A program made the translations under genes and the position numbers. A stretch of 63,543 bases of DNA, the filler included, from Cystobasidiomycetes sp. EMM_F5 (Eukaryota): NCBI GenBank assembly GCA_051047955.1. It is 20 parts of 20 records of this genome, joined end to end, with 100 filler letters (N's around TTAATTAATTAA, not from the genome) between each part and the next. Parts side by side here need not be neighbours in the genome. Positions count along the whole stretch, not along the records: positions 1 to 4,041 come from JBPGPT010000100.1; positions 4,142 to 8,044 come from JBPGPT010000101.1; positions 8,145 to 11,929 come from JBPGPT010000102.1; positions 12,030 to 15,752 come from JBPGPT010000103.1; 16 more parts are not named here. One strand, written 5' to 3'. Of this stretch, positions 1 to 13,306 are shown piece after piece. Numbering within the stretch: the first letter of the stretch is position 1; each line of letters begins with the position of its first letter. The notes below the pieces were generated by a model. That model ran no database searches, had not been told where the DNA came from, and saw nothing but the letters and a program-made list of their open reading frames with translations.

Positions 1-678
1 TGTAAATGCCGGATACTCATCTGATGCTTCGCACAGTACTGCATACTTGTCGTCAATGTAGTGATGCCAACTGGTGGCTGCTTTCGACTGGCTGCCTTAG
101 ACTTTGGGATTGATTATTGATTATCGCAAAAAGCAACGGCAAGCAGACGCTTGAGTATGTTTCAATCAGCTGGCTTCTTGTTTACGCGTTAGAACAGATT
201 CCCCCGACAGTTGGTGAGCTGACAGGATGTGTATATTACGACGACAGCTCTTCCGCGTCAACGACACCTTCCAACTCGACAAAGGGCTTTCTCCCTGCTT
301 TTCGTGATAAAAGACTTTCTTACTGCTTTTCGTAACGAGGTTCATCACGATATATGCGTCGGCAAACTTATAAGCCTTCCTGATTTCATCCGCCTTCTTT
401 TTTATGAGAATGCGGTCGCCTAACTTTTCATTTGGCCAGTTGCCGCTGCTGCAAGTCTTGTCAAGGGTAAGTTACGCTTGCGGCTGTATGCAGCTTGCAC
501 GCGGCTAGTCGCCACAGCTGCGCTAAAGGCTTCTTTTTTATCTTGTTACCGCGAGTAAGCCGACTTCGGTATCATCGAAGACCCTGTGCACTTGCGCAAG
601 GAAGACATAGAGCGTGATGACAGACTCCCATCACTGAATCTGATACTCAACACGTCTGTTCAAGGTATTCTTGTGTCC

Positions 679-2706
679 ATGGCGACTCTCGTTGGTTTAC
701 CAGCACCTGTAAATGGTCACATACACCCAGAAGCTCTACTAGAGAAGGCACAGCACGAACTACGGCAAGATTTCAACGCAGCAGCAGCCAGCAGCCATGT
801 TAAGAAGCAGACAAACGGCATCAATGGACATTACCCTCCCACAAATGGCCACAACGAAAACCCTTTCGTGATTAGCCCAGAGTATGGGTACACGCCACGA
901 CGCATCAAGGTCTTCACAATCGGGGCAGGCTTCTCAGGACTACTTATGGCCCACAAGTTCCAGCATCGCTTCCCTGATATGGAAGATATCGTAGATCATA
1001 CTATCTTTGAAGCGCGCCACGAGGTTGGCGGAACTTGGCTCGTTAATGATTATCCAGGCGTACAGTGCGATGTTCCTGCGCACATATACGCCTTTCCTTT
1101 TGACCCGAATCCTAATTGGAGCCGATTCTATGCAAGCGGTCCAGATATTCTCGCCTACATAAAAGCAACCGTCAAGAAGTGGAACCTCGATCGCGACCTG
1201 CAGCTCAATACGCGCGTTACCAGTGCAGTCTGGCAAGAGGACCTCGGACAATATAAAGTCATTCTAGAACACGCTGGCGTACGGCGTACAGAGTACTGCC
1301 ATGTATTGATCTCGGCGCAGGGAGTCTTGGTGTGAGCAGTATCATTCATTCATCCGAAATCATGCTTACAGAAGTATTAGACATGAGAACTGGCCGAGTA
1401 TTCCAGGACTATCAGATTTCAAGGGTCATGTTACCCACAGCGCCCGATGGGATCATAATTACGATTACTCCGGCAAGCGCATCGCGGTCATTGGTAATGG
1501 CTCATCAGGCATTCAGATTGTTCCTCAGATGGCAAAGCTTCCGGGCACAGAAGTGCTAAATCTCATTCGGGGGCCCGCATGGGTGTACTATCGGGCTCCT
1601 CCGGCAAAGCATTTGGGCAGAGACGATCCTGACCCAAATCCCAAATACAGCGACGAAGACCGCAAGAAGTTCAGTGATCCACTCGAACATCTCGCTCACA
1701 GGAAGTCTATCGTATCCAAAACGAACAAAGGCTTTTATATTTTCATGAAGGGCCAAAACAACGACGAAGGCATGAGACTAGCAGCCGCGCAGATGGCAGA
1801 AAAGCTTCAACACGATACGCATTTATGTGAGAAGCTTATACCTAAATGGGAACTCGGCTGTCGGCGTATCACACCTGGTCCTGGCTACCTAGAATCTTTT
1901 CTCCAACCGAATTGCCACCTTACGAATAGCGCTATTACAGGATGCACCGAGAATGCTATTACGACAGCTGACGGCAAGTCTTTCGAGTGCGACGTCATCG
2001 TTTGTGCCACTGGTAAGCGTTCCTTGCCAGTGTCTAAATAATGCGGGTCTAAGAAACCTGCTAATATGACAGGCTTCGACGTGTCTCATCGTCCAAGATA
2101 CCCTATAGTCGGTAGGAACGGAGTGGACTTGCGAGAAGAATGGAAAGACGACCCGGAATCCTATATATCAGTCGCTGTGCCACACATGCCGAATTATTTC
2201 ATGATGATGGTGGGTAAAGAGCTCTTTCAAGTCGACGCACGCTGAATAAATGGGGTCACAAGGGGCCGAACTGTCTCGGAGGCCATGGTTCACTAGTTGA
2301 ATCGCTCAATTGGACTGGGGACTACTTCGTTAAATGGATCCGCAAGATTGCCACTGAGGATATCAAGGCCGTTGTGCCGAAACCGGAAAAGGTGAAAGAC
2401 TTCATTAAGTATACAGACGAAATACACAAAACCTTGGTTTGGAGCGGAGCCTGCAGGTCATGGTATAAGCGCGGCCGAGCCGACGGCAGAATCACGGCGC
2501 TGTTCGGAGGCAGCTCTCAGCTCTTTAATCGAATGCTCGGCGACATACGTGGCGAAGACTTCGAAATCACCTACAATACTCGGAACAGCTATCGCTTCAT
2601 GGGTAATGGCTTCATGGCTATGGAATTTGCACCTGACTCGGATTTAAGTTGGTACGTGGAAGTTGCTGAGACGATGAAAGAGAAGGCGTCAAGCACGAAG
2701 CAATGA
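679..2706 (+). CDS. Flavin-dependent monooxygenase, Baeyer-Villiger (BVMO)/FMO family, multi-exon
   Basis: GAGFSG FAD Rossmann motif; GGTWxxNxYPGxxCD motif; after the GT-AG intron 1332-1380 the BVMO fingerprint [12 protein letters not shown], then GNGSSG NADPH motif and ATG motif; C-terminal [10 protein letters not shown]. Further introns near 2014-2072 and about 2210-2262. Confidence 0.92.
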
Positions 2707-2810
2707 TGGTCCTGCATCTGTGTTGTGTGACAACAATATTACCGGTAATCTACAATAATGGCAGATGTTGCATTCGATATACATGGGCCCAAAGTCCGAC
2801 AAGCTGAGTA

Positions 2811-4041
2811 TCAATATGAGCTGCTGTTCGAGGGCATATATTCATTTGTCCATATATCAAAGTCGTAGTTGGCGAATGCTAGCGGTTCAAAGAGTGAACT
2901 GAACTGAGATTGCATATTGTCGAAGAATTCCATGTTGTTCGGGGAGGGAAATCCACGCGTGATGTTGCCTTTGGCTCGGTCGTCGAGAAGGCATGCTGCT
3001 ATATTGCCGGTGGCTCGAGTCACGAACGGAAATAAAGATGTCCAATCAAAGTTCTCTGGGTCCGGAAACAAATTGTTTGAGTCTACCTCGCTGGAGTGTG
3101 TCTGGGTCGGTAATTTGTCGTAATCTCGCCGCACTCGCTCGAAGCCAGCTCGTATCACTTCTGCAGATCCCCACATCTTCTGCAGTTCGACGCACGTGTT
3201 TGTCAAGACTTGCATACCAGCTCGTGCTTCATTTACGAGTTGCGGAATGCGGAGTGTTTGCATCAAGGCTGTGAAAGCAGTACCGGTATACCAGCACGTT
3301 ATAGGCATCAGAAAGCGGGCATCGCCACGTGCGAGTATATCGCGGAGCACTCGAGCTGTGCATGAGGCAGCAAGGATTGCTGGCGGGAGCGCATGGGGAA
3401 GATCACTTGCTGACCGCTTCAGGTTTAGAACAGCAATAGTTGTGAGATATGGAAGGTATAGCTGAAATACGTCACGATCGAAGCTTGTCGTTCGAGCATT
3501 GCCGATAGGAAGTTGCAGATCTGGAGGTAAAGACTGAACCCAGCTGACTAGCTCCAATTGCAAATGGAGAACAGATGCGCCGGAAGAGCGAGACAACTGC
3601 TTGGCGATTCTTCCAATGATGCCGCGTAGACGAGTCCAATGCAAGAATATGCGACCGTGCTTCTGGGAGGCGTGGTCTGGTGGAAAGTCGGAGGGTTGGA
3701 CTTCGGAGATACTGCAATCTTCCGGATCGATTATACAGGGCTTACTTTGGCATAGTGCACTGAGCCTTTCCCGAGCCTGTTTCCAAGGTCAGCCTCAAGT
3801 CTCAGCGCCACGTGGAAACAGTTGCTACTGACGAAGACTGTCCACCAAATTCGACGACGAAGGCTAAGATTGATGCGGCCTAGACTAGAATGGCTGATTG
3901 AAGGCTCCCGATGTACATTCGCTTGCTGAGCATGCCGAATGATGACAGACGTCCACCACCAGGACGAATGACGGTGCACCGAGGACGGCGAGCGTGGCGC
4001 CCACCAGTAGAAGAGGCATAGAGCTTTCAGGGCTGTCATAC
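2811..4041 (-). CDS. Fungal-specific transcription factor (Zn2Cys6-type middle homology region), 5' truncated by contig end
   Basis: LKALCL...WWTSVIIRHAQQANVHRE...RRRIWWTVF is typical of the Fungal_trans domain; exons 3731-4039 and 2811-3644 are separated by introns; tail-to-tail with the monooxygenase. Confidence 0.8.
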
Positions 4042-4141
4042 NNNNNNNNNNNNNNNNNNNNNNNNNNNNNNNNNNNNNNNNNNNNTTAATTAATTAANNN
4101 NNNNNNNNNNNNNNNNNNNNNNNNNNNNNNNNNNNNNNNNN
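4042..4141. other. Artificial contig linker (first of 19)
   Basis: 44 N + TTAATTAATTAA (stops in six frames) + 44 N; the others start at 8045, 11930, 15753, 19436, 23100, 26448, 29765, 33075, 36196, 39264, 42211, 45103, 47944, 50716, 53402, 56053, 58651 and 61240. Contig lengths decrease monotonically. Confidence 0.99.
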
Positions 4142-4287
4142 AGCAACGAAAAACTAGAGCCCTGAAAACTCAAATAATAAACCTGCGTCCTGAAAATACC
4201 CCCCTTTTCACAACCGGGGTTCGCTTTAATTTAAGGGTATTAGTTGTAAAGAGTAGGATAGACCTTAAAATTATAAAAAGTCAATGT

Positions 4288-4358
4288 AGTCGTTACCTGG
4301 AATTGAACCAAGATCTGAAAGTTAACAGCTTTTCGCTCTACCATTGAGCTATAACAAC
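4288..4358 (-). tRNA. trnN: Mitochondrial tRNA-Asn (GTT)
   Basis: Reverse complement GTTGTTATAGCTCAATGGTAGAGCG...CT-GTT-AA...CTTGGTTCAATTCCAGGTAACGACT folds as a cloverleaf. Confidence 0.93.
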
Positions 4359-4641
4359 CTTAAACGATATACAGGGAATTGTTGATATATGGTATTATCA
4401 AGCTCTGCTTTATAACTTGCTGAGTTTGGTGATTACATGAAAATATATCTATAGGAATCTTTTCTATTAACATGAAAAAAATCGATCTTAATATGAAAAC
4501 AAGCAAGTTATAAAGCAGAGCTTGATAAGACCTCAGCAAAAAAAAAAGCTCGAAAACAACCAAAATACGATGTAAAACAACCAAAATACGATGTAAAAAA
4601 TCAAAGCTTTGATTTTTAGGCAGGCTCAATAAAGCCAAAAA

Positions 4642-4715
4642 TCAGGTGACTGCGATTTGAACGCAGAAAGTCCTTCTCCCAAAGAAGGCAGCAAACCGGG
4701 CCAGCTTCCCACCTG
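4642..4715 (-). tRNA. trnP: Mitochondrial tRNA-Pro (TGG)
   Basis: Acceptor stem CAGGTGG/TCACCTG, anticodon arm CCTTC-TT-TGG-GA-GAAGG, T arm CTGCG-TTCAAAT-CGCAG. Confidence 0.92.
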
Positions 4716-5074
4716 TTTATTGGTAACAGTACATTCTATTTTTAGTGGATATCTGGTCCCAGGTTAGTTCCACTAACCAGCCCCTCCTTATTCTTTTTTA
4801 TGTATCGATTCCTTTTCATGAGAACTCGATTTACTTTTTCAGATTCATTTCGATTTTTTCTCAAGCTCTGCTTGAGAAGGAATCGAAACATGAAAAGTAA
4901 ATGAATCGAGTTATCATGATGTTTCGATTATTTCTCCTTTTTAGATTCCTTATCAAGCAGAGCTTGATAAGGAATCTAAAAACAAGCTAATAATAAAGGG
5001 CTTAATCTTTTAAATTTAAATCACTGTAACCTATTAAAAACCAATTCACAGTGTGTAGATGTTATCAATATAAT

Positions 5075-5486
5075 ATTATAAAGTCTAACGGTAAATTAGT
5101 TACTACTTAGCTAATTAATGATACGGCCGTTGATACCTGGATATCAACTAGTAAGATACCAACCATTATTCAAATCTTGCCATTTTTATACATGTAGCCT
5201 ATTGATTGGATTAAATTAGATTTATTCAACCAATCTAGAGGTTGTCTGCCTCTTACCGTAAGTTAGTATCCAAGAACTAGCTTCAATCTTAAGATGCTTT
5301 CAGATTTTATCTATGCCATACGTAGCTACCCTGCGATCCAATTTATTTTTTAAAAATAAGTAATAAGAACAGGTGCACCAGAGGTATGTCTCTTCAAGTC
5401 CTTTCGTACTGAGAAGAGCTTTCTATTCTACTTTTTTTTCCTACAAAAGATAGGGACCATACTGACTCACGTCGTATTGAACCCAA

Positions 5487-5524
<38 letters not shown>

Positions 5525-7960
5525 CCCACCTACTACAGCGGGAGGATGTGATGAGTCGACATCGAGGTGCCAAACTGCGGAGACAATGTGAACTCTCGTC
5601 CGCAATCAGCCTGTTATCCCCGGCGTAGCTTTTATTCGTTGAGCGATAGCCATTCCATGATGTACTACCGGATCACTATACCCTACTTACGTATCTGCTT
5701 GACTTGTCGGTCTTACAGTTAAGCTTACTTTTGTTATTACACTTTTGCCGGTCTTTCATAACCTATTGGCTCCTTTCCAATTTAAGCAAACCTTTGGACT
5801 TCTATGATATTTTATTATAGAACTCCGTCCCAGAGAAACTACCAGGCAATAACTGTTCCTATTTTGGTTAGTATTCACCAATGTTCAGTCAAGGTCTTTC
5901 ACTTTTGTCCATGCACTCCAAACTAATTGGAATAACCGCGACTACCCTGTTTCTACTCCTGACAATTGATGTATACAATTACTGCTTATAGTAAAGCTGC
6001 ACGGGGTCTTCCCGTCTTTTTGTAGGTAAACCGCATCTTCACGGCTAATTCAATTTCACTGAGCTATATGTGGAGACAGCGGGAGCATCGTTACTTCATT
6101 CATGCGGGACCATAATTAGTGGCCAAGGAATTTCGCTACCTGAGGATCCTTATGGTTAAGACCGCTGTTTACTGCCTGTTCAACAAATGGCGAAAACCAC
6201 CTGTTTTATTCAGTAGCACTGAGCAGAATTCAAGACTTATACAACTACATTAATATTAGCAAATCTCTGTGTTTTTGGTAAACAGTCGCACTCCCCGATT
6301 TTGTGACCCTTGCTACGTCCCAAGTTAATGGTTTATTAATCGAAAGATAGCCAGACACCCTTATCCTCGAAGTTACGGGCGCAATTTGCCGAGTTCCTTC
6401 ACATATATTAGCTCTTCACCTTAGTATTCTCTACCTGCGCACCTGTGTCGGTTTGGGGTACGGTATTTATTTATTTATTTCTTGGTCCAATTATAAGGAT
6501 AAAAAATATTCACAAACATCATTGGACGTTACATAAAAATATTCATCAGCAATGGCATTCGCACATGTACCTTAGAAGCCGCATTAACTCTTATTTGTTT
6601 AACATTTTTAGTGCTTTGATTTTTCATTAAGTTAAGTTTTTAGGGAACCTAAAAAAGAAATGCACATTAGAAACCCTTACGCATTCGGTGAGGAAAATTA
6701 AATTTCCTTTTCGTTACTCATGACAGCATTTTCACTTCAGTTTTGTCTAAATAATGAAACACTATTCTTCTTTCGTACTGAATGTTCCGCTACCCATTAA
6801 CCTATAACTTGTTATAGGTTAAGGTGTAATTTCGGTACAGAGCGTAGATCCGCAAATCTTCGGCGCAAAATTCCAGCTACTTGTTTCGATAGGAGAAGTT
6901 ATCAAAACAAAGGGCTTATTAGACCACTGTACTGTTACGTACTCATTATAAAATTGCTGTTACCGGGCACATTTCGTGGCTGTTATAGGAATAATACATC
7001 CTTATTTTCACTTAGCTCTATTTTTGGAACCTTAATGTACACTCTGGGCTGTTTCCCTTTTGTCTATCCACCTTATCATGAGTAGACTGCTTGTTTAGAC
7101 TATTAAACATTACATCTAAATTAATCTTTATTTTTATTTTTATTTTTATTTTTATTTTTAAGGTAAATGTAATGTAATGTAACGACTATTCTGAGGTTAG
7201 CTTACAAAGGTAGACCTGTCACAGCCCCCAATTTGGGGTTTACTTTTATTTTTCTTAGTAATCTTTATTTTATAAAAATAAAATAAAGAAAACAACGAAA
7301 ACTTTAAAGCTCCTGATGTAATTCAGTGCTATACCAGTCATTAATTTTTTTTTTGTCTAAACACTATACTTAAATATATTTCGCGGAATGCCAGATATCA
7401 CAATGTTAGATTCGCATTTCGCGCCTTACCACAGCTCATCCAAGAACTATTCAACGTTCACTGGTTCGACCCATTATAGTCTGGCCATGGTAAGATCACA
7501 TTGTTTCGGGTCTATTATAACATACTGCCCCTAGCTTCATTCCGATTACTTATCTTTTTTAGAGAATCTAAAAAGAAGAAGTAATCGGAACGAATATTTA
7601 TAAAATAAATATTCATCTAAGTCGCTTTCGCTTTGGATTAACCTTGCATGTTATAATAAGTTGCTGCCCCATTATGCAAAAGGTACGCCATCACAATCTT
7701 AAATTGCTTTGACTGCTTATATGAGTACTAATTCAGGTTCTATTTCACCAGTCAACTACTTACTATTTTCATCTTTCCTTTACAGTACTTTTCACTATCG
7801 CTGAACGTGCCATACTTAGCCTGGAAGATGGTTCTCCCCATAAAAAACAACCTATAGATCATTTTTTTTATAAGTCCGTTTATCCAATTCCACAGGACTT
7901 TCACCTTCTATGGTTTAGTTAATAACCTTAATATTCCTTTATATTTTGTTTGAGTACCTT
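5075..7960 (-). rRNA. rnl: Mitochondrial large subunit rRNA (ends approximate, no intron evident)
   Basis: Antisense copies of universal LSU motifs: GACATCGAGGTGCCAAAC, CCTGTTATCCCCGGCGTA, AAGGAATTTCGCTACC, GGCTGTTTCCCTTT, CCCATTATGCAAAAGGTACGC; AT-rich mitochondrial context. Confidence 0.95.
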
Positions 7961-8275
7961 ATAAATAAAAATAACAATAATCACTCATGTTTCGATTTCT
8001 TCTCAAGGTTGTGGGGGGGGGGGGGGGGGGCGGCCCGGGGGGGGNNNNNNNNNNNNNNNNNNNNNNNNNNNNNNNNNNNNNNNNNNNNTTAATTAATTAA
8101 NNNNNNNNNNNNNNNNNNNNNNNNNNNNNNNNNNNNNNNNNNNNTGGCCAGCTTCTAATGATGGCCTCAACGTTGCCTTTCAGCATTCCTTGAGTTCGCA
8201 CTTTGAATCTGACGGTCGACTCACAAGGTCTTGAAAACTGACAGCTCACAGTCATAGCTGAATATCCACTAGAAA

Positions 8276-10651
8276 ATGGACCGTTTCAGTCAAATCTCAT
8301 TGGCGCTGCTCGCAGTTGGCTCTGCTCTTTCCGGAGTCGAAGCTCTGGGCAACAGCCGTTACTCCCTGTCGGGCAACTACACTCCGACTTACATTGGGTG
8401 CCCTTCGAATGTCACCTTTGTTAGACCGGCATCGGCGGGCCTCGCTACTGGCGAGACGACCTATCTGAACAAGCGCAAAGCTGTCGTTGCCGACGCCATG
8501 CAGACTTATCTCAATGGTCTCGCGATTCCTGGCTTGAATGTCTCCCAATTCATCACAGCCATCAAGGCAGATCCGGCTCTGGTCCCCACTATCGCCTTGA
8601 CTCTCAGGTAAGCACTTGCTCAATAATAACTTTGCATGGTATTGTAACTTAAAGGTCTTCTTCGCTGTCTTCTAAAGTGGCGGAGGTACAAGAGCGGAAC
8701 TGAACGGTCTCGGCACTTACCAAGCCATGGACGCTCGTTATGCTGCTGCAAATACTGCGAAGACTGGCGGTCTGGCTCAGGCCCTGACTTATGTTACTGG
8801 TCGTACGTGAAATATGAGCCCGGAGTGTCTATCAATTCGCTGACCCTGTTAGTATAGTGTCTGGCGGATCAATCGCGCTTGGTGCCCTTGGCACATTCGG
8901 ATTTCCAGAAGTTGCGACTCTGCTTAACCAAGGCAACCTGAATCTTACCCAAGATTATTCCGCAATTGGAGCGATGTATGGTAAACTCGGACAGGGCTTC
9001 AACTTGACGATAGGAGACTTGTTCGGCAACATTCAGAGTTTCCACACCCTTCAGCCGCTGAATAACGCGTCCGCAAATCCGTATGGCTACACTTGGTCCG
9101 GTGTCCGCTCGCTGCCCGCCTTCCAGAATGGCAGTATGCCCTTCCCCATCCATGTAAGCGCACAAGTATCATATAAGCCATTAGCATTAATGTCTGTCAC
9201 ATAGATGCTGGGTGAAGTAATTCCACAAGGTGTTCCGGGCTATACTCCATACAATTCGCCCATGAATGGCACTATTCTCCAGCCAACGCCAAAGTAGGTC
9301 ATATCTGACATAAGGCCTGACACAAGCTGATCTTCGCCGTCCAAAGTTCTGTCACTTTCGTATGTTGATGCAACAGGTTGTAACATACTTTGCGCTGACG
9401 ATTTGTGACCGCAGTATGAGGCTTCGCCTTACGAGTTTGGAAGTTTCACAGGACGTGTACAAGCATTCACTCCGATGGAGTACTATGGTACTACCCTAGT
9501 CAACGGGCAGCCTATCAACCAAACCTGCGTAGCGGACTTTGACAACTCAGCATTCTTGATGGGCCAGTCTCTGACCGCCATCAATTTGTGTAAGCGCATA
9601 CTCTTCGTTATGCTGATGATTCGGTATACTAACATGGCTTCTTTTTGGCTTGCCATTACAGGGTGGGCCGAAGTCCTGACAAACGGCACTGTCGGACAAT
9701 TTGCCAAGCGAGCAATTCCTTATCCTGCCGACGAGGATAGAAGAGAGCAGGTCAGGGTTGCCGATTCGTCCAGAGCATCCGTTGCAGCCCTGCCGCTGTA
9801 TGTGGAGGCTTTGAATGCTCAGACACCTCAGGACATCCTCTATGCCCAAGTACCAAACCCCTTCCTTGGTGTGACTGGCAGTAGTACCGCGGACGGCGTA
9901 TCCAATCAGACTAACCTCTACATCACCGACGCCAGCGAAGGCGGTCAAGTAAGTGGCCTGCCAAAATTGTCCCCTCACCGGGTCTGATCTTCTATTGCAG
10001 GTCAACTCCATCTGGCCTGTAATCCAGCCGGCCAGAAACGTGGACTTCATCATCGTCGCTGACAATTCTGGCACCGAGCTCTCGGTGCGTACCTCATTGA
10101 GAACGCCAGTAGACTTACTGAAATTATGTCATCTGCAGTCTGGATGGATGAACGGCACAAATTTCATCAACACCGGCATCGCTGCTGCCCAGGCAGGCAT
10201 CAGGTTCCCGAAACTGCCCTCCGTGCAGACCATGCTCAACAAAAATTACACTAGCAGACCGACCTTCTTCGGATGCAATGACACCCCAGGCACACCGCTT
10301 GTCCTCTACGTTGCCGACTACCCATACAGCGCCTACACCAACATCAGCTTTCAGGCACAGGGACTATCGACTCGTCAAGTTTCGCTAATCCAACAGAACG
10401 CCCTGGTAGCACTGACACAGAACAACAACGGCCTGCGCGCGAACTGGTCGTCATGTCTCGGCTGCGCTTCCGTTTATCGCAGCTTGCAACGCATGAATAC
10501 GACGATTCCATCGACATGCCAGCAGTGCATGAAGGACTACTGCTGGCAGGGAGATGTCGATAATTCATCGCCCTCTTTCTTGCAGCCAAGTCTCGCCCTG
10601 AACAGCACACTGTCTTACTCACAGTGGAATAGCAGTGTCTTCTATGCATAG
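8276..10651 (+). CDS. Secreted lysophospholipase / phospholipase B (PLA2_B family), multi-exon
   Basis: N-terminal signal peptide; YTPTYIGCP; SGGGTRA oxyanion region and spliced GLSGGS catalytic motif; YEASPYEFGS; PTFFGC; C-terminal CxxCxxxYCW. Confidence 0.92.
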
Positions 10652-10957
10652 ATTGGTAGGAATGGCGGATTCAGCAAGTGCGTTACTCAATAATCTTGGC
10701 AATACGCATGCCTGTACGTAGTATGTTGGTTATTCGGATCTCGTATCCCAGCTTGGAATGTTCCGAGGACGGACGTGTATAATGAGCTTTCTAATCGGTC
10801 TGTATTTGTGAACAAGGGCAATGCGACGGGATGTAGACTCAAACTCTTACGTGCACAATGAAGACGGATCAATAATGAGTCCGCATTTATGTCCTGTCTC
10901 CCCTACCACGACAACAACATGCAGATCCCCGCAACCGTAACGTATGAAGTCTCGTGT

Positions 10958-11929
10958 TCAGTGCAATTTCAACTTCTCCTCTAGCGACTGTGTCGACGTT
11001 TTGAATTGGATATGATTTGTCTCACTATCGTCCTCATGCCCCAAGAAATGTCTTTTGGCATACGGATTCACCATGACATTTTGCGGATCCACCTTGTCTC
11101 TGATCCTGAGGAAATCAGGTAATCGCGGAAACATGCGAGCGAGCGTTTCCTTGTTTGCCTTGTAGGATTTTGCCCAGTGCGGTTTACCGCCGTGCGCAAA
11201 GAGTGTAGCTTCAAACTTGTCAAATAGCTTCTGGTATGTTACCGGCAGTCCGTACGGTCTTCGATGACAGTAAGCGAAGAGACCATCCTCAGACAACCAG
11301 TTCCAACCAAGTTGTGAGCTCTACGTACTTGTACTGCACGATACCAATGTAGCAGCCTGGCGTTTCATAAGTAGGTGACAACCAGACGTCGTCTTGGGCA
11401 GAGAAGCGAATCTCTATGGGAAAATGATGGCGTAGGCCATTCCAGTCTTCCAACTCACTCTCTAGCCACTTCTGCAACTCCTTCAGGCAGGCCTGTGCTC
11501 GCGAGAGAGGAACGACCCCTTCGTAGGTATACTGCGGGAAGAGGCAGTCGTAGTTGAATATCTGGACAGACTCGCCCACACGCCATGTTGTAGGTGTACA
11601 TTTCGCTACAAGCACATCACCGCTGATGGGAGAACCAGATGACTGGACTGGTTGTGGGGCTTGCCGCTGTCTGGGCTTGACGGGACCCTGTAACCATGCT
11701 CCTGTACGAACCGTGTACCTGAAGAGGGTCCGTGCGTGCCAATTTAAGAAGTTGGGCAAGACTCGTCCGACGAGCAGGGCAAGCTGGTGCCAGTGGTAAC
11801 CCAATAGGGAATCTCTGACCCAATCGCGTAGATATGCGAATGGAGAAGTGAGCAGGGTAGGTTTGACGATATCGTCTGGCAGGCTTGTGCGATTCATCCG
11901 GGATACCCGGACTTGGTGGGAATGAGGAA
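10958..11929 (-). CDS. D-arabinono-1,4-lactone / L-gulonolactone oxidase (ALO family), C-terminal part
   Basis: FPIEIRFSAQDDVWLSP, YRPYG (across an intron), GGKPHWAK, FLRIRDKVDP motifs; 5' end cut by the linker. Confidence 0.88.
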
Positions 11930-12103
11930 NNNNNNNNNNNNNNNNNNNNNNNNNNNNNNNNNNNNNNNNNNNNTTAATTAATTAANNNNNNNNNNNNNNN
12001 NNNNNNNNNNNNNNNNNNNNNNNNNNNNNGCAACTGCGAATGCCCTGAAAATGGGATGAATTTGGTGAATTCAATTCACCGTAAAATCACCCAGAAAAAA
12101 TAG

Positions 12104-12175
12104 GGCCCAATACGAGAATCGAACTCGTATAATCCGCACCACAAGCGAGTGTTCTACCTTTGAACTAATTGAACC
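12104..12175 (-). tRNA. trnH: Mitochondrial tRNA-His (GTG)
   Basis: Reverse complement GGTTCAATTAGTTCAAAGGTAGAAC...TT-GTG-GT...ACGAG-TTCGATT-CTCGT ATTGGGCC, including an encoded G-1. Confidence 0.88.
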
Positions 12176-13306
12176 TTGTATAATACAGTATTTCCGGTCC
12201 TTTTTTTCAAACCCCTTTTTTTAAATCCCTTTTTGTAACTTGCCCCCTGATTAACCTTAATTTTTTAATCTAAATATTGGGTGGTTAATCCTAAAGTTAT
12301 TGCTGAGCTTATTGTTGAGCACATTGTCCGGGTTCCTGATTAACCTTAAGATTTTTATTAAAAATCTTAATCTTAATCATGAGAGCATTGTTTGGTGTTT
12401 GTGATTAATATGAATGTTATTCAGGTTGTTGACGTTTGTGATTAATCTTTAAATTAATCAGGTCAAGCTTATTCGCAAGAATATTGACCATTGCTGCCTT
12501 ATCAAGCAGAGCTTGATAAGGCAGCAATGGTCAATATTAAAGCGAACGAATCTTTAGAAAATAAAAATTCAGGCGCTTGATAACTTGTTTAAGTTATTGC
12601 TGCTTTATCAGGCATTAAAAAATAAACCTCAACAATTGACCATCTATTGACCCTTAATTTTTAGTCAAAGGGGGTGAATACTAATCTATTAATAAAAGGG
12701 GGTGAATACAGATTTATTAATGAAAAAGTAAAAGTACAGGACTTCAACAATAAACGTCAGCAGTTGGCCTGAAAAACAGAGGTTCGATCCGATACGGTGA
12801 AGACCTATTACGGTGAAGACTTAGTATAAGAATATAACCATATAATAGACATACGTCCTGAAAAGACCCTTATTTTTACACCCGGGTTCGCAGCTCTGCT
12901 GCGAATGCACATTAAATTTTATTTTCAATAAAGTTATCCTTTTTAGATTCCTTATCAAGCATGTGAATATTTATTTTATAAATATTCAGAAGCTTTATAA
13001 CTCGATTTCTTATCTTTTTTAGATAATCTAAAAAGGATAAATAATCGAAACATAAAAAAAAAAATAAGGGATCAGAAGGAGCTGAATTTTGAGAATTCAA
13101 TTAAGGTTCTTTTTTTTATGTTTCGATTGCCGGATTATTTCGGGGACAAAATAATGAAAGTAATCAAAACTAAAATTGCAAAGATTAAAAAGTCTATCCG
13201 TACCATTGCTGAGTTTGTTTGTGATTAACCTTTAGATTAATCACAAACAATGCCCTCAGCAAAGGTCCGGATAGACGGCAGTTGATATCCAGATATCAAC
13301 AAGTAT

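Noticed and set aside
4360..6630. Short ORFs in the mitochondrial spacer and antisense to rnl
   Set aside because: AT-rich or repeat-derived spurious frames with no LAGLIDADG, GIY-YIG or rps3 motifs.
8011..8044. Poly-G tract / G-quadruplex upstream of rnl
   Set aside because: It lies at a contig end and is consistent with a poly-G sequencing artefact; it cannot be supported without reads.
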